Notes under the pieces: generated by a model
What the model saw: only the letters and a program-made list of their open reading frames with translations
The model's database searches: none
Told to the model about the DNA's origin: nothing
Translations under genes and position numbers: made by a program
Shown here: in pieces, positions 8,485 through 16,099 of the stretch
How the letters are laid out: each line of letters starts with the position of its first letter
Numbering within the stretch: position 1 is the stretch's first letter
NCBI RefSeq assembly: GCF_004376175.1
Contig: NZ_SNUY01000003.1
Coordinates: 104,397 to 136,396, forward strand
DNA length: 32,000 nt
Direction of reading: 5' to 3'
Source: Halalkalibacterium halodurans
GTDB taxonomy: Bacteria > Bacillota > Bacilli > Bacillales > Bacillaceae_D

Positions 8485-8633
8485 GGGGGGATATTAGGCA
8501 AGGAAACGATTACCGAGGAGCAGAGTGCTGGGCATTTACTAGCTGCCGCTATGTGTCTGAACATTTAAAGAAGATTCGGCGATTCCGAGCCATACTGGCA
8601 CTTATACAAACGAAAGTTTCATACGTGTAAATG

Positions 8634-8664
8634 TAAAAAAAGATCGACGTTGTCCGCCGATCTT
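8634..8664 (-). terminator. intrinsic terminator of the small membrane-peptide gene
   Basis: On the minus strand: stem AGATCG(G)CG / CG(T)CGATCT followed by T7 (A7 at 8634-8640 on the + strand). Confidence 0.65.
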
Positions 8665-8673
8665 TCCGTTCGA

Positions 8674-8880
8674 TTACCCATTATCTCTAAACATGTAAAA
8701 GATCATGACAATGATTGTCACAAAGGACAACCCCATTAAGACAGGTGTTAAAATTGTCGGTTCTGCAGCCGCTGCTTCTTCTTCTCCGTGACCGCCATCA
8801 CCTGCAGCAAGCACAGTCGAAACCGGTACGAGCAAAAATGTAAAAACAAATGCAGGAACCAAAGCTAACCATTTTGCCAT
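8674..8880 (-). CDS. small exported/membrane peptide (signal peptide plus C-terminal TM), function unknown
   Basis: 68 aa. The N-terminal signal-like segment ends in VLA-AG. An acidic Gly/Glu/Ala linker (GDGGHGEEEAAAAE) follows, then a C-terminal hydrophobic helix. SD GGGGAGG lies 9 nt upstream and the gene has its own terminator. Confidence 0.6.
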   Translation of the reverse strand: MAKWLALVPAFVFTFLLVPVSTVLAAGDGGHGEEEAAAAEPTILTPVLMGLSFVTIIVMIFYMFRDNG

Positions 8881-9055
8881 GTATCACTAACCTCCCCACG
8901 ATCCGTTGCTCATTTTCTGCTAGCAACGGGAATGGTCATTATGTACGTATCGTCTCTATTATAATTTTCTAACTCGCAATAATCAACTCCATTCAGTTAC
9001 AAGCTTGTGAAAACGCTTTTTCAAATCAGTAAAGCAGACGATCCGCTTCCAAGGG

Positions 9056-9084
9056 TTCGCAAATAACAGTCCGTATGTTAAGAT
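9056..9084 (+). promoter_or_regulatory. candidate sigma-A promoter for ilvA
   Basis: TTCGCA - 17 nt - TAAGAT with a TGt extended -10, about 65 nt upstream of the ilvA ATG. Confidence 0.4.
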
Positions 9085-9150
9085 GATGATATTGTAAGGA
9101 AACTCGAAAAAAAGATTAAGGCTGTATAGTGATGGAAAGGATAACCGAAC

Positions 9151-10398
9151 ATGGGAAAGATTCAAATTGAAGATATCATTATTGCTAACCAGACGTTAAA
9201 AGATGTCGTTGTCCATACCCCTTTGCAAAAAAACCAAGTACTCTCTGAGCGCTATGAGTGCAACGTTTATTTAAAACGGGAGGACATGCAAGTGGTTCGC
9301 TCGTTCAAAATCCGCGGCGCGTTCCATCAAATTTCCAGCATTTCGAAAGAGGAATTAAACAACGGGGTCGTCTGTGCCAGTGCAGGAAATCACGCACAAG
9401 GTGTTGCGTATTCCTGTCACACGTTGCAAATTCCGGGGAAAATTTTTATGCCGACGACGACGCCACGGCAAAAAGTAGACCAAGTCAAATTCTTCGGTAA
9501 GGAATATGTGGAGGTCATATTAACAGGGGATACGTTCGATGACTCTTTTAACGAAGCGAAAGAGTACGGAATAAAGCATAAAATGACCTTTATCCATCCA
9601 TTCGATCAAGAAAAGATTGTTGCAGGTCAAGGAACCGTTGGGATGGAAATCATGAACGATATTGACGACAACATTGATTACTTGTTCTGTTCGATTGGTG
9701 GAGGCGGCCTTATTAGTGGTGTTGGAACATACATTAAAAGCATTAGCCCGCGGACGAAAGTGATCGGATGTGAACCGGCCGGAGCGCCAGCCATGAAGGA
9801 ATCACTTAAGCAAGGGAAGGTTATCGAGCTTGAAAAAATCGACAAATTTGTCGACGGCGCAGCCGTAAAAAAGGTCGGAGAAATTCCTTTTGAAATTTGC
9901 CGAAAAATTCTGGAAGATATTGTTCTAGTACCTGAGGGAAAAATATGTACAACCATCCTTAACCTCTACAATCAAGATGCGATCGTAGCGGAGCCTGCAG
10001 GGGCGATGCCGATTGCTGCACTCGACTTTTTTAAAGACGAGATCAAAGGAAAGACGGTCGTCTGTGTGTTAAGTGGTGGAAACAACGATATTGGCCGGAT
10101 GCAGGAAATGAGGGAACGCTCATTGATCTATGAAGGATTACAGCATTACTTTATCATCCAATTTCCGCAACGAGCTGGGGCATTGAAAGAATTCATTCTT
10201 GATGTTCTCGGTCCAGATGATGACATCACTCGGTTTGAATATACAAAGAAAAACAATAAATCAAATGGCCCCGTATTAATAGGGATTGAGCTGAAATGTG
10301 ATGAGGACTATCATCGTTTAATGGATCGTCTCAACAAAAAAGGCTTTGAATATCGTGAAATTAATAAAAATGAGAGTTTGTTTAACCTGTTAATTTGA
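9151..10398 (+). CDS. ilvA: threonine ammonia-lyase (threonine dehydratase), biosynthetic, with one C-terminal ACT-like regulatory domain
   Basis: 415 aa. It has the PLP lysine motif (SFKIRGA), a GGGGL glycine loop, and a C-terminal regulatory domain. Size and sequence are as for Bacillus IlvA. Confidence 0.93.
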   Translation: MGKIQIEDIIIANQTLKDVVVHTPLQKNQVLSERYECNVYLKREDMQVVRSFKIRGAFHQISSISKEELNNGVVCASAGNHAQGVAYSCHTLQIPGKIFMPTTTPRQKVDQVKFFGKEYVEVILTGDTFDDSFNEAKEYGIKHKMTFIHPFDQEKIVAGQGTVGMEIMNDIDDNIDYLFCSIGGGGLISGVGTYIKSISPRTKVIGCEPAGAPAMKESLKQGKVIELEKIDKFVDGAAVKKVGEIPFEICRKILEDIVLVPEGKICTTILNLYNQDAIVAEPAGAMPIAALDFFKDEIKGKTVVCVLSGGNNDIGRMQEMRERSLIYEGLQHYFIIQFPQRAGALKEFILDVLGPDDDITRFEYTKKNNKSNGPVLIGIELKCDEDYHRLMDRLNKKGFEYREINKNESLFNLLI

Positions 10399-10408
10399 CA
10401 GGGGAAAA

Positions 10409-10440
10409 GACGCTTCGGTCATAATTCGAGGCGTTTTTTT
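10409..10440 (+). terminator. intrinsic terminator of ilvA
   Basis: Stem GACGCTTCG / CGAGGCGTT (wobble pairs included) with a 9-nt loop, followed by T7. Confidence 0.75.
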
Positions 10441-10536
10441 CGTAAGTAAAGAAAAATTCCGTTTATTACCTAGTGTTTAGATAACGCAGGATTGAATAAA
10501 AATGAGGGTTTCAATCGCTATCGATCATTCGTTTCT

Positions 10537-10562
10537 TCAAAATGACGGAAAAAGGACGATAA
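10537..10562 (+). promoter_or_regulatory. weak sigma-D-like promoter candidate upstream of cheV
   Basis: TCAAA - 14 nt - ACGATAA, compared with the sigma-D consensus CTAAA-N16-CCGATAT. The position, ~36 nt before the ATG, is appropriate. cheV is sigma-D dependent in B. subtilis. The spacing and two -10 mismatches make this tentative. Confidence 0.3.
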
Positions 10563-10597
10563 AAAGAGTGAACACGTATGTGAAGGGGAGATTGAAC

Positions 10598-11494
10598 ATG
10601 AGTCAAGACTTATTACAGACAGGAACGAACGAACTAGAAATCATCATCTTTACAGTAGGAAAAGAAACCTTCGCCATGAATGTCATGAAAGTGCGGGAAA
10701 TCATTCAACCGATTCCTGTAACATCTGTTCCGAATAGCCATCCCCACGTGGAAGGGCTTATCCGACTCCGAGATGAAGTGCTTAGCCTTGTAGACCTATA
10801 TAAAGTGCTAGGAGAACTGCGAGCAGAAGAGGCGACTGAAGATAAATTTATTGTCGGTGAGCTTAACCGGATGAAGGTCGCATTTCGCGTTGAAAAAGTC
10901 TCGAACATCCACCGGATTTCATGGAGCGATATTGAAAAGCCGACCGATCTTTCTCAAGGACTAGAGGGGCTCGTAACAGGGGTCGTTAAAGTCGATGACA
11001 AGCTTATCCTCTTACTTGACTTCGAAAAAATCGTTGTTGACATCAATCCAGAAACAGGAATCCACCCTCGCCAAATAGAAGGGCTTGAGAACAAAAACCG
11101 CAGCACTAAAAAACTAGTTATTGCTGAAGATTCTGTCATGCTTCGGAAATTGTTACATGATACTCTTACGGCTGCAGGCTATGAAAAGCTTACCTTTTTC
11201 GAAAATGGCGAAGAAGCATTTGCGTATCTAAACCATGAAAAAGAGGAAGGCACGCTGTTTGACAATGTTGATCTCGTCATTACAGATGTGGAAATGCCAC
11301 AAATGGACGGCCTTCATTTAACGAAGAAAATAAAGCAAGATGAAGTTATGGGCAACGTTCCAGTCGTTATTTTCTCATCACTCATCACGAAGGACATTTA
11401 TTTTCAAGGGGAATCGGTTGGAGCAGATGGACAAATCAGCAAGCCTGAAATCGCCCAATTGGTAAAGTTGATTGATGAGCTATTACATGTATAA
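10598..11494 (+). CDS. cheV: chemotaxis protein CheV (CheW-like domain fused to a response-regulator receiver)
   Basis: Starts at MSQDLLQTGTNELEIIIF... with SD GAAGGGGAG 7 nt upstream. It is colinear with B. subtilis CheV (TNELEIV.F, NVMKVREIIQP, receiver DxEMPxMDG, SSL, KPE). The 32 upstream codons in the ORF track are not part of the gene. Confidence 0.9.
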   Translation: MSQDLLQTGTNELEIIIFTVGKETFAMNVMKVREIIQPIPVTSVPNSHPHVEGLIRLRDEVLSLVDLYKVLGELRAEEATEDKFIVGELNRMKVAFRVEKVSNIHRISWSDIEKPTDLSQGLEGLVTGVVKVDDKLILLLDFEKIVVDINPETGIHPRQIEGLENKNRSTKKLVIAEDSVMLRKLLHDTLTAAGYEKLTFFENGEEAFAYLNHEKEEGTLFDNVDLVITDVEMPQMDGLHLTKKIKQDEVMGNVPVVIFSSLITKDIYFQGESVGADGQISKPEIAQLVKLIDELLHV

Positions 11495-11543
11495 TAACAG
11501 TACATGGAGTAGAAGTTTGAAATACATATAAAGGATGTAGGCG

Positions 11544-12473
11544 ATGGAATTTCATTTTTTTGGAACAGGGTCAGGCGTTCCTTCCATTGAGCGCAATGTG
11601 AGCGCGTGTGCTGTACGGTTTTTACAGCAACGTGGCAAGCAGTGGTTATTTGATTGTGGTGAGGCGACACAGCACCAAATTTTGCGTTCCTCGATCGCAT
11701 TAGGAAAAATTGAGCGAATCTTTATTACCCATTTACACGGGGATCATATTTTTGGCTTGCCGGGTTTGCTCGGCTCCCGTTCGTTTCAAGGGGGAGAGAA
11801 CCCGCTGTTCCTCTATGGACCTAAAGGTATACGATCCTTCGTGGAAACGGCTCTACAAGTATCAAATACCCATGTGAAGTATGAACTGACCATTGAGGAG
11901 TTTTCAGAGCCTGGTCTGTTGTTTCATGAGGAAGGGTTCAAGGTCGAAACAATTCTTCTCGATCATGTCATGCCTTGCTATGCGTTTAAAGTGACAGAAG
12001 ATGACCGTCCCGGCGAACTGCTCGTCGATCGGTTAAAAGCAAAAGGTGTGCCACCTGGACCGGTTTACCGGAAAATTCAACAAGGGGAAACCGTTGAACT
12101 GCCAACTGGTGAACGCTTGGAAGCGAACGCTTTTTTAGGTCCACCAAAACGGGGGCGATCATTTGTGCTTGCGGGCGATACGCGGCCAGTCAAAGAGTTA
12201 ATCCCGTTTGCTAAGAACGTCAATGTTCTTATTCATGAAGCGACCTTTTTAGACGATAAAAAGGGGCATGCCCACGAGTATGGACATTCTACGATGGCTG
12301 ACGCAATTCAATTAGCAAAGCAGGCGAATGTGGATCATCTAATTCTTACCCACATTAGCTCCCGTTACCATGATATGAGTGATGAACTGCAAAAGAAAGC
12401 GCAAAATGCGTTTGCGAATGCAGTTGTAGCCCATGATTTTTACGTGTTTCACCTGCCGGTTGCAAAGGGATAA
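11544..12473 (+). CDS. rnz: ribonuclease Z (tRNA 3' endonuclease)
   Basis: 309 aa. It begins MEFHFFGTGSGVPS, carries the metallo-beta-lactamase motif HLHGDHIFGLPGLL, and is colinear with B. subtilis Rnz. Confidence 0.93.
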   Translation: MEFHFFGTGSGVPSIERNVSACAVRFLQQRGKQWLFDCGEATQHQILRSSIALGKIERIFITHLHGDHIFGLPGLLGSRSFQGGENPLFLYGPKGIRSFVETALQVSNTHVKYELTIEEFSEPGLLFHEEGFKVETILLDHVMPCYAFKVTEDDRPGELLVDRLKAKGVPPGPVYRKIQQGETVELPTGERLEANAFLGPPKRGRSFVLAGDTRPVKELIPFAKNVNVLIHEATFLDDKKGHAHEYGHSTMADAIQLAKQANVDHLILTHISSRYHDMSDELQKKAQNAFANAVVAHDFYVFHLPVAKG

Positions 12474-12530
12474 ATGGCAAGATAACAGGGTATAGTAAGG
12501 GCATTCCCAAGTACGAAGGAGTGTCTAACT

Positions 12531-12791
12531 ATGACGGTGCGTGAACACTTTTTTAACATGTTGGAAAAAGTGGACCAAACGTTATCAGAAGTCGAAGAGC
12601 AATTTGAAGACGGTTTGCGGGTGGGCGCATACGACGATGTCGCCTACCATGAAGCCCAACTTCGCTTAGAGCAGTTAAATCAGGAGCTCGAAGGGATTGT
12701 CAAATCAGCTACACCAGAGCAAAAAGAGGAACTCGAACGAGCGGTGCGGCAAATTCGACAGCTCGAAAACCGAATGATCTTAAAGCGATAA
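12531..12791 (+). CDS. hypothetical small coiled-coil protein
   Basis: 86 aa, highly charged and helical (EQLNQELEGIV..EELERAVRQIRQLE). SD GAAGGAG lies 9 nt upstream and a terminator follows. I recognise no family. Confidence 0.55.
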   Translation: MTVREHFFNMLEKVDQTLSEVEEQFEDGLRVGAYDDVAYHEAQLRLEQLNQELEGIVKSATPEQKEELERAVRQIRQLENRMILKR

Positions 12792-12798
12792 ATGAGCA

Positions 12799-12832
12799 GG
12801 GAGCGGTTTAAAACCCGTTCCTTTTCCGTTTT
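12799..12832 (+). terminator. intrinsic terminator after the 86-aa gene
   Basis: Stem GGGAGCGG / CCGTTCCT (with G-U pairs) and an 8-nt loop, followed by TTTTCCGTTTT. Confidence 0.5.
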
Positions 12833-12873
12833 AGCCATCTTTCCGTGTAAAATGGTAGGTTCTTCATAAGCTT

Positions 12874-12889
12874 TTTGTTACAATATGAG
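12874..12889 (+). promoter_or_regulatory. candidate extended -10 promoter (TGTTACAAT) for the thiol-redox operon
   Basis: TTTGTTACAATATGAG, with TGn directly upstream of TACAAT (12879-12884) and a poor -35. It is nearly identical to the element at 6469-6484. Confidence 0.35.
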
Positions 12890-12923
12890 GGGAAGCATGA
12901 ATGTGGCGAGATGAGGAGGTTTC

Positions 12924-13268
12924 GTGCTAGTGGGAAGCAAGGCACCTGCAGCTGCTAACACGCATGGGGTATACTTTCACTCACCGTTATGTGGGACGTG
13001 CAAAGTGGCAAAGCGGATGATCAAAGTGATGGAAGAAACGTTTCCTCATTTTGAGATTAGGGAAGTAAATATTAATGAAGAGATAGCGCTAGCTCACTCT
13101 CTCAAAGTAACGAGCATTCCTTGCTTGATTATTTTTCAAGAAGAGCGTGAAGCGGAGAGATTGTACGCATTTCGCTCGTTAGAACATTTATATACGAAAC
13201 TAAAACCGTACACGGTTGTGGAGCGATTACATAAATCGTTTCGACTCGACCAAACGAAAGGGGATTAA
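12924..13268 (+). CDS. thioredoxin-fold protein with a CGTC active site
   Basis: 114 aa with a GTG start and SD GAGGAGG 4 nt upstream. It has a CGTCK (CxxC) motif and the cis-Pro context SIPCLIIF typical of thioredoxin-like proteins. Confidence 0.7.
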   Translation: MLVGSKAPAAANTHGVYFHSPLCGTCKVAKRMIKVMEETFPHFEIREVNINEEIALAHSLKVTSIPCLIIFQEEREAERLYAFRSLEHLYTKLKPYTVVERLHKSFRLDQTKGD

Positions 13269-13274
13269 AACGTC

Positions 13275-13709
13275 ATGTCTATGCATTATGAAGATTATAT
13301 GCGTCAAGTGGTTGAACCGATGAGAAGAGAATTAACCGAACGCGGATTTAAGGAGTTATTAACACCTGAAGAGGTTGAGCAATATATGGAATCGGCTGAA
13401 GGCACGACCCTCGTTGTCATTAATTCCGTCTGTGGCTGTGCGGCAGGGCTAGCCCGTCCGGCGGCAGTTACTTCTCTTGCTCACGATAAGCATCCAGATC
13501 ATCTTGTGACCGTTTTTGCGGGTCAAGAGAAAGAAGCAACCGCTAAAATGAGAGAATACCTTGCGCCAAATCCACCATCCTCACCATCGATGGCCCTATT
13601 TAAAGGAAAAGAGCTTGTCCATTTTATCCCACGGGAAGAGATTGAAGGGGCGGAGCCAGAAGCTCTCATCCGTCGTCTGGCTATGGCGTACAACGAACAT
13701 TGCGAATAA
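13275..13709 (+). CDS. brxB: bacilliredoxin BrxB (YqiW/YphP family, DUF1094)
   Basis: 144 aa. MSMHYEDYMRQVVEPMRRELT... and the redox motif NSVCGCAAG are near-identical in pattern to B. subtilis YqiW (BrxB). Confidence 0.9.
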   Translation: MSMHYEDYMRQVVEPMRRELTERGFKELLTPEEVEQYMESAEGTTLVVINSVCGCAAGLARPAAVTSLAHDKHPDHLVTVFAGQEKEATAKMREYLAPNPPSSPSMALFKGKELVHFIPREEIEGAEPEALIRRLAMAYNEHCE

Positions 13710-13725
13710 TCGGTGTGTGACCGCT

Positions 13726-14142
13726 ATGAAAGCACCGCTGTTTTCTTTAAAAGATGGTCAGACAGGAAACATCCTTCGTCTAGAGGACGTCAAAGGACAA
13801 GTGGTTATGCTCACGTTTTGGGCTTCGTGGTGCCCAGATTCGCAGCGAGATTTAGAGCAAAAGTGGGAGCTCTATAAACAAATGGATAAGGCAAAATTGG
13901 CGTTTCTGACGATTAACGTCACAGGTCGTGAGGGAAGATCAGGCGATGGGATAGCCTATGCAAAAGAGCATGGTTATGATTTTACGATTTTGTTAGATGA
14001 AGGGACGACCGTATATGACCAGTATCGCTGTATGGGCGTACCGACAACATTTTTGCTAGATGAAGAGCTAAACATAAAGTACCGCTATTCAGATAGAGCA
14101 GCATTTATGGAGATCATGCAAGGATTGTCAACGCTCTTGTAA
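13726..14142 (+). CDS. TlpA/redoxin-family thiol-disulfide oxidoreductase-like protein with a CxxS (CPDS) motif
   Basis: The FWASWCPDSQRDL block matches the redoxin/AhpC-TSA fold, but the second cysteine is replaced by Ser (codon TCG). The start is set at ATG 13726 (GTG 13717 is also possible). The ORF-track extension back to 13561 overlaps brxB in another frame and is rejected. Confidence 0.75.
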   Translation: MKAPLFSLKDGQTGNILRLEDVKGQVVMLTFWASWCPDSQRDLEQKWELYKQMDKAKLAFLTINVTGREGRSGDGIAYAKEHGYDFTILLDEGTTVYDQYRCMGVPTTFLLDEELNIKYRYSDRAAFMEIMQGLSTLL

Positions 14143-14169
14143 TGGGATTAAGAAGGGAGCCGAGAGAAC

Positions 14170-15312
14170 ATGAACATTCAATCAATTGAACCAACACCTA
14201 GTCCAAATACGATGAAATTAACCCTTGATCAAACGTTACCACAAGGAAAAAGCAATAATTACACGTTAAAAAATAAAGAGGAGGCCCCTCCTTTTATTCA
14301 AAAGCTATTTGAGATTGAAGGCGTTAAAGGGGTATACCACGTGGCCGACTTCTTAGCGATCGAGCGAAATGCAAAAGTCGACTGGAAAGTGATCCTGCCA
14401 AAGGTACGTGCCGTTTTCGGTGATGAAACAGGTGACGGGCCACAAAAAGAAAAGCCAGAAGTTCAAGAAGGCTACGGGGAAGTCCAAGTATTTTTACAAC
14501 TATTTAAAGGCATCCCGATGCAAATAAAATTGTCAAATGGGGAAGAAGAAGTGAGAGAAGGCCTACCGGAGCGGTTTGCGAATGCAGCATTTGCCGCCCA
14601 ACAGCCAGATGATAACGTCGTTCTCGAGCGTAAATGGGTAGAGCAAGGAGTCCGTTATGGGGAATTGGCTGATGTGGCGAAGGATGTAGCGGAGGAAGTA
14701 TCAGCTGCCTTCTCTCAAGAGCGGCTTGATCGTTTAGTGAACATCGCGAAAGGTCTGGTCGATAAAACGCAAGAGCAAACCGAGGAGCGGTTTCGCAAAG
14801 TAACATTAGCGGACATGGAGCAAGACGACTGGCGCGATCGCTATGCAGCCCTCGACAAAATGGATCCAACTGAAGAAGATCTCCCAGTCCTAGAAAAAGC
14901 GCTACAGGATGAAAAAGCGTCGATTCGCAGGTTAGCGACCGTCTACCTTGGAATGATTGAAAAACCGGTTGTGCTTCCTTTACTTGAAAAAGCATTGAAG
15001 GACCCTTCTGTTACGGTGAGACGCACGGCTGGTGACTGTATGTCTGATATTGGTGACCCTGCAGCGATTCCTGCGATGATTGAAGCGTTGAAGGATAAAA
15101 ACAAGCTTGTTCGCTGGAGAGCCGCCATGTTTCTATATGAGGTTGGAGATGAGACAGCCATTGATGCTTTGCGGCTGGCGGAGGATGACCCAGAATTCGA
15201 AGTAGCGATGCAAGTTAAAATGGCGTTAGAGCGCATTGTCGGTGGTGAAGAAGCAAAAGGCTCAGTCTGGAAGCAGATGACAGAAGAGATGGCAAAAGGA
15301 AAGAACGAATAA
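14170..15312 (+). CDS. CvfC/YpgR-family protein (Nfu/NifU N-terminal-like domain plus HEAT/PBS-lyase repeats)
   Basis: 380 aa. The N-terminal block (NTMKLTL..., GVKGVYHVADFLAIER) resembles the Nfu_N scaffold domain. The C-terminal half has repeated HEAT-like units (IRRLATVYLG, VRRTAGDCMSDIGDPAAIPAL, VRWRAAMFLYEVGDETAIDAL). Architecture and size match B. subtilis YpgR / S. aureus CvfC. Confidence 0.8.
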   Translation: MNIQSIEPTPSPNTMKLTLDQTLPQGKSNNYTLKNKEEAPPFIQKLFEIEGVKGVYHVADFLAIERNAKVDWKVILPKVRAVFGDETGDGPQKEKPEVQEGYGEVQVFLQLFKGIPMQIKLSNGEEEVREGLPERFANAAFAAQQPDDNVVLERKWVEQGVRYGELADVAKDVAEEVSAAFSQERLDRLVNIAKGLVDKTQEQTEERFRKVTLADMEQDDWRDRYAALDKMDPTEEDLPVLEKALQDEKASIRRLATVYLGMIEKPVVLPLLEKALKDPSVTVRRTAGDCMSDIGDPAAIPAMIEALKDKNKLVRWRAAMFLYEVGDETAIDALRLAEDDPEFEVAMQVKMALERIVGGEEAKGSVWKQMTEEMAKGKNE

Positions 15313-15379
15313 CGAGTCATCGAAGCGGCGCCACACACGGGCGTCGTTTTTCACAAACGATACGAAAGGGAGGATTCAC

Positions 15380-15592
15380 ATGGACAAAGAACATATTCTA
15401 GATCGGCTCCAAAAAGAGGGGCTTGATGATGTAATTGAGCTTTTAGAAGATGCTGAGAAAGGTGAATTAGAGGAGCTGGAACTTGTTGAGTCACTAGGCC
15501 TCTTGCGCGATGAGCATTTAAACAAAGAGGTATTGTCACTTCTTCAATCATTAGGGGTCGAGCTCATTTACGTCAAAGATGAAGATGAATAA
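15380..15592 (+). CDS. hypothetical small acidic protein
   Basis: 70 aa, with SD GGGAGG 7 nt upstream. It is about one-third Asp/Glu, is predicted helical, and ends ...LLQSLGVELIYVKDEDE. It lies 27 nt upstream of the ydbS-like gene. Confidence 0.6.
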   Translation: MDKEHILDRLQKEGLDDVIELLEDAEKGELEELELVESLGLLRDEHLNKEVLSLLQSLGVELIYVKDEDE

Positions 15593-15619
15593 ACATTAAC
15601 GAACGAAGGAGGGAGGATT

Positions 15620-16099
15620 GTGCGCCCAGCACCTGAGCAAACGATTTCCAAAAAAGCATTACCTGTCTGGAGAATCCAGGCGAGCTTAAAAAGTATTTTG
15701 GTGTTACTTCTCCCTGTCGGTTATATGATTGCCCGATATTTCTTTGCTGGGCTCCCGCTCTGGCCACTTTGGCCACTACTGGCTCTGTTTGTCCTCTACG
15801 TCATCGTATCCGTTTTTATCTACCCAATTGTCCTTTGGCGCAAGTGGCGATATGACGTACTCGAGCAAGAAATTGACTTACAGTATGGCGTGCTTATTGT
15901 GAGACGCACACTGATTCCTATGACGCGCGTTCAACACGTTGATACGGAGCAAGGGCCACTATTACGAAAATATCAATTAGCAGCGGTCACCATTTCAACC
16001 GCTTCCTCTGTACACCGAATTCCTGCCCTTTCCCTTGAAGTGGCAGACCGGTTGCGAGACCGAATTGCAGTGCTAGCGGCGGTGGCTGAAGATGAATGA
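15620..16099 (+). CDS. YdbS-like membrane protein with one bPH2 (bacterial PH) domain
   Basis: 159 aa (the same length as B. subtilis YdbS). GTG start with SD GGAGGGAGG. Two N-terminal TM helices are followed by a PH-like domain. It overlaps the next gene by 8 nt. Confidence 0.8.
   Translation: MRPAPEQTISKKALPVWRIQASLKSILVLLLPVGYMIARYFFAGLPLWPLWPLLALFVLYVIVSVFIYPIVLWRKWRYDVLEQEIDLQYGVLIVRRTLIPMTRVQHVDTEQGPLLRKYQLAAVTISTASSVHRIPALSLEVADRLRDRIAVLAAVAEDE

Noticed and set aside
8485-8633. Possible riboswitch or leader RNA in the ~250-nt spacer upstream of the UPF0126/TRIC gene
   Set aside because: I found no glycine-riboswitch or other recognisable conserved core and no convincing extended stems. 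A plausible promoter sits only ~35 nt from the start codon, so this stretch is probably plain spacer between a terminator and a promoter.
8963-8977. CodY-box-like sequence AATTTTCTAACTCGC upstream of ilvA
   Set aside because: It matches only 9 of 15 positions of AATTTTCWGAAAATT, with the right half unmatched. It is indistinguishable from AT-rich background.
10478-10489. 12-mer TAGATAACGCAG upstream of cheV, repeated at 30788-30799 upstream of the 122-aa ORF
   Set aside because: By rough calculation, tens of exact 12-mer repeats are expected by chance in 32 kb. The flanks do not match. Neither copy fits the sigma-D -10 consensus well (4 of 8).
13561-13725. N-terminal extension of the TlpA-like ORF overlapping brxB
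   Set aside because: It overlaps 149 nt of the well-supported brxB gene in another frame. The redoxin fold begins only after MKAPLFSL.
14504-15338. 163-aa and 131-aa minus-strand ORFs antisense to the cvfC/ypgR-like gene
   Set aside because: They have no SD, a Ser/Pro/Leu-rich composition typical of antisense frames, and are fully contained within a well-supported plus-strand gene.
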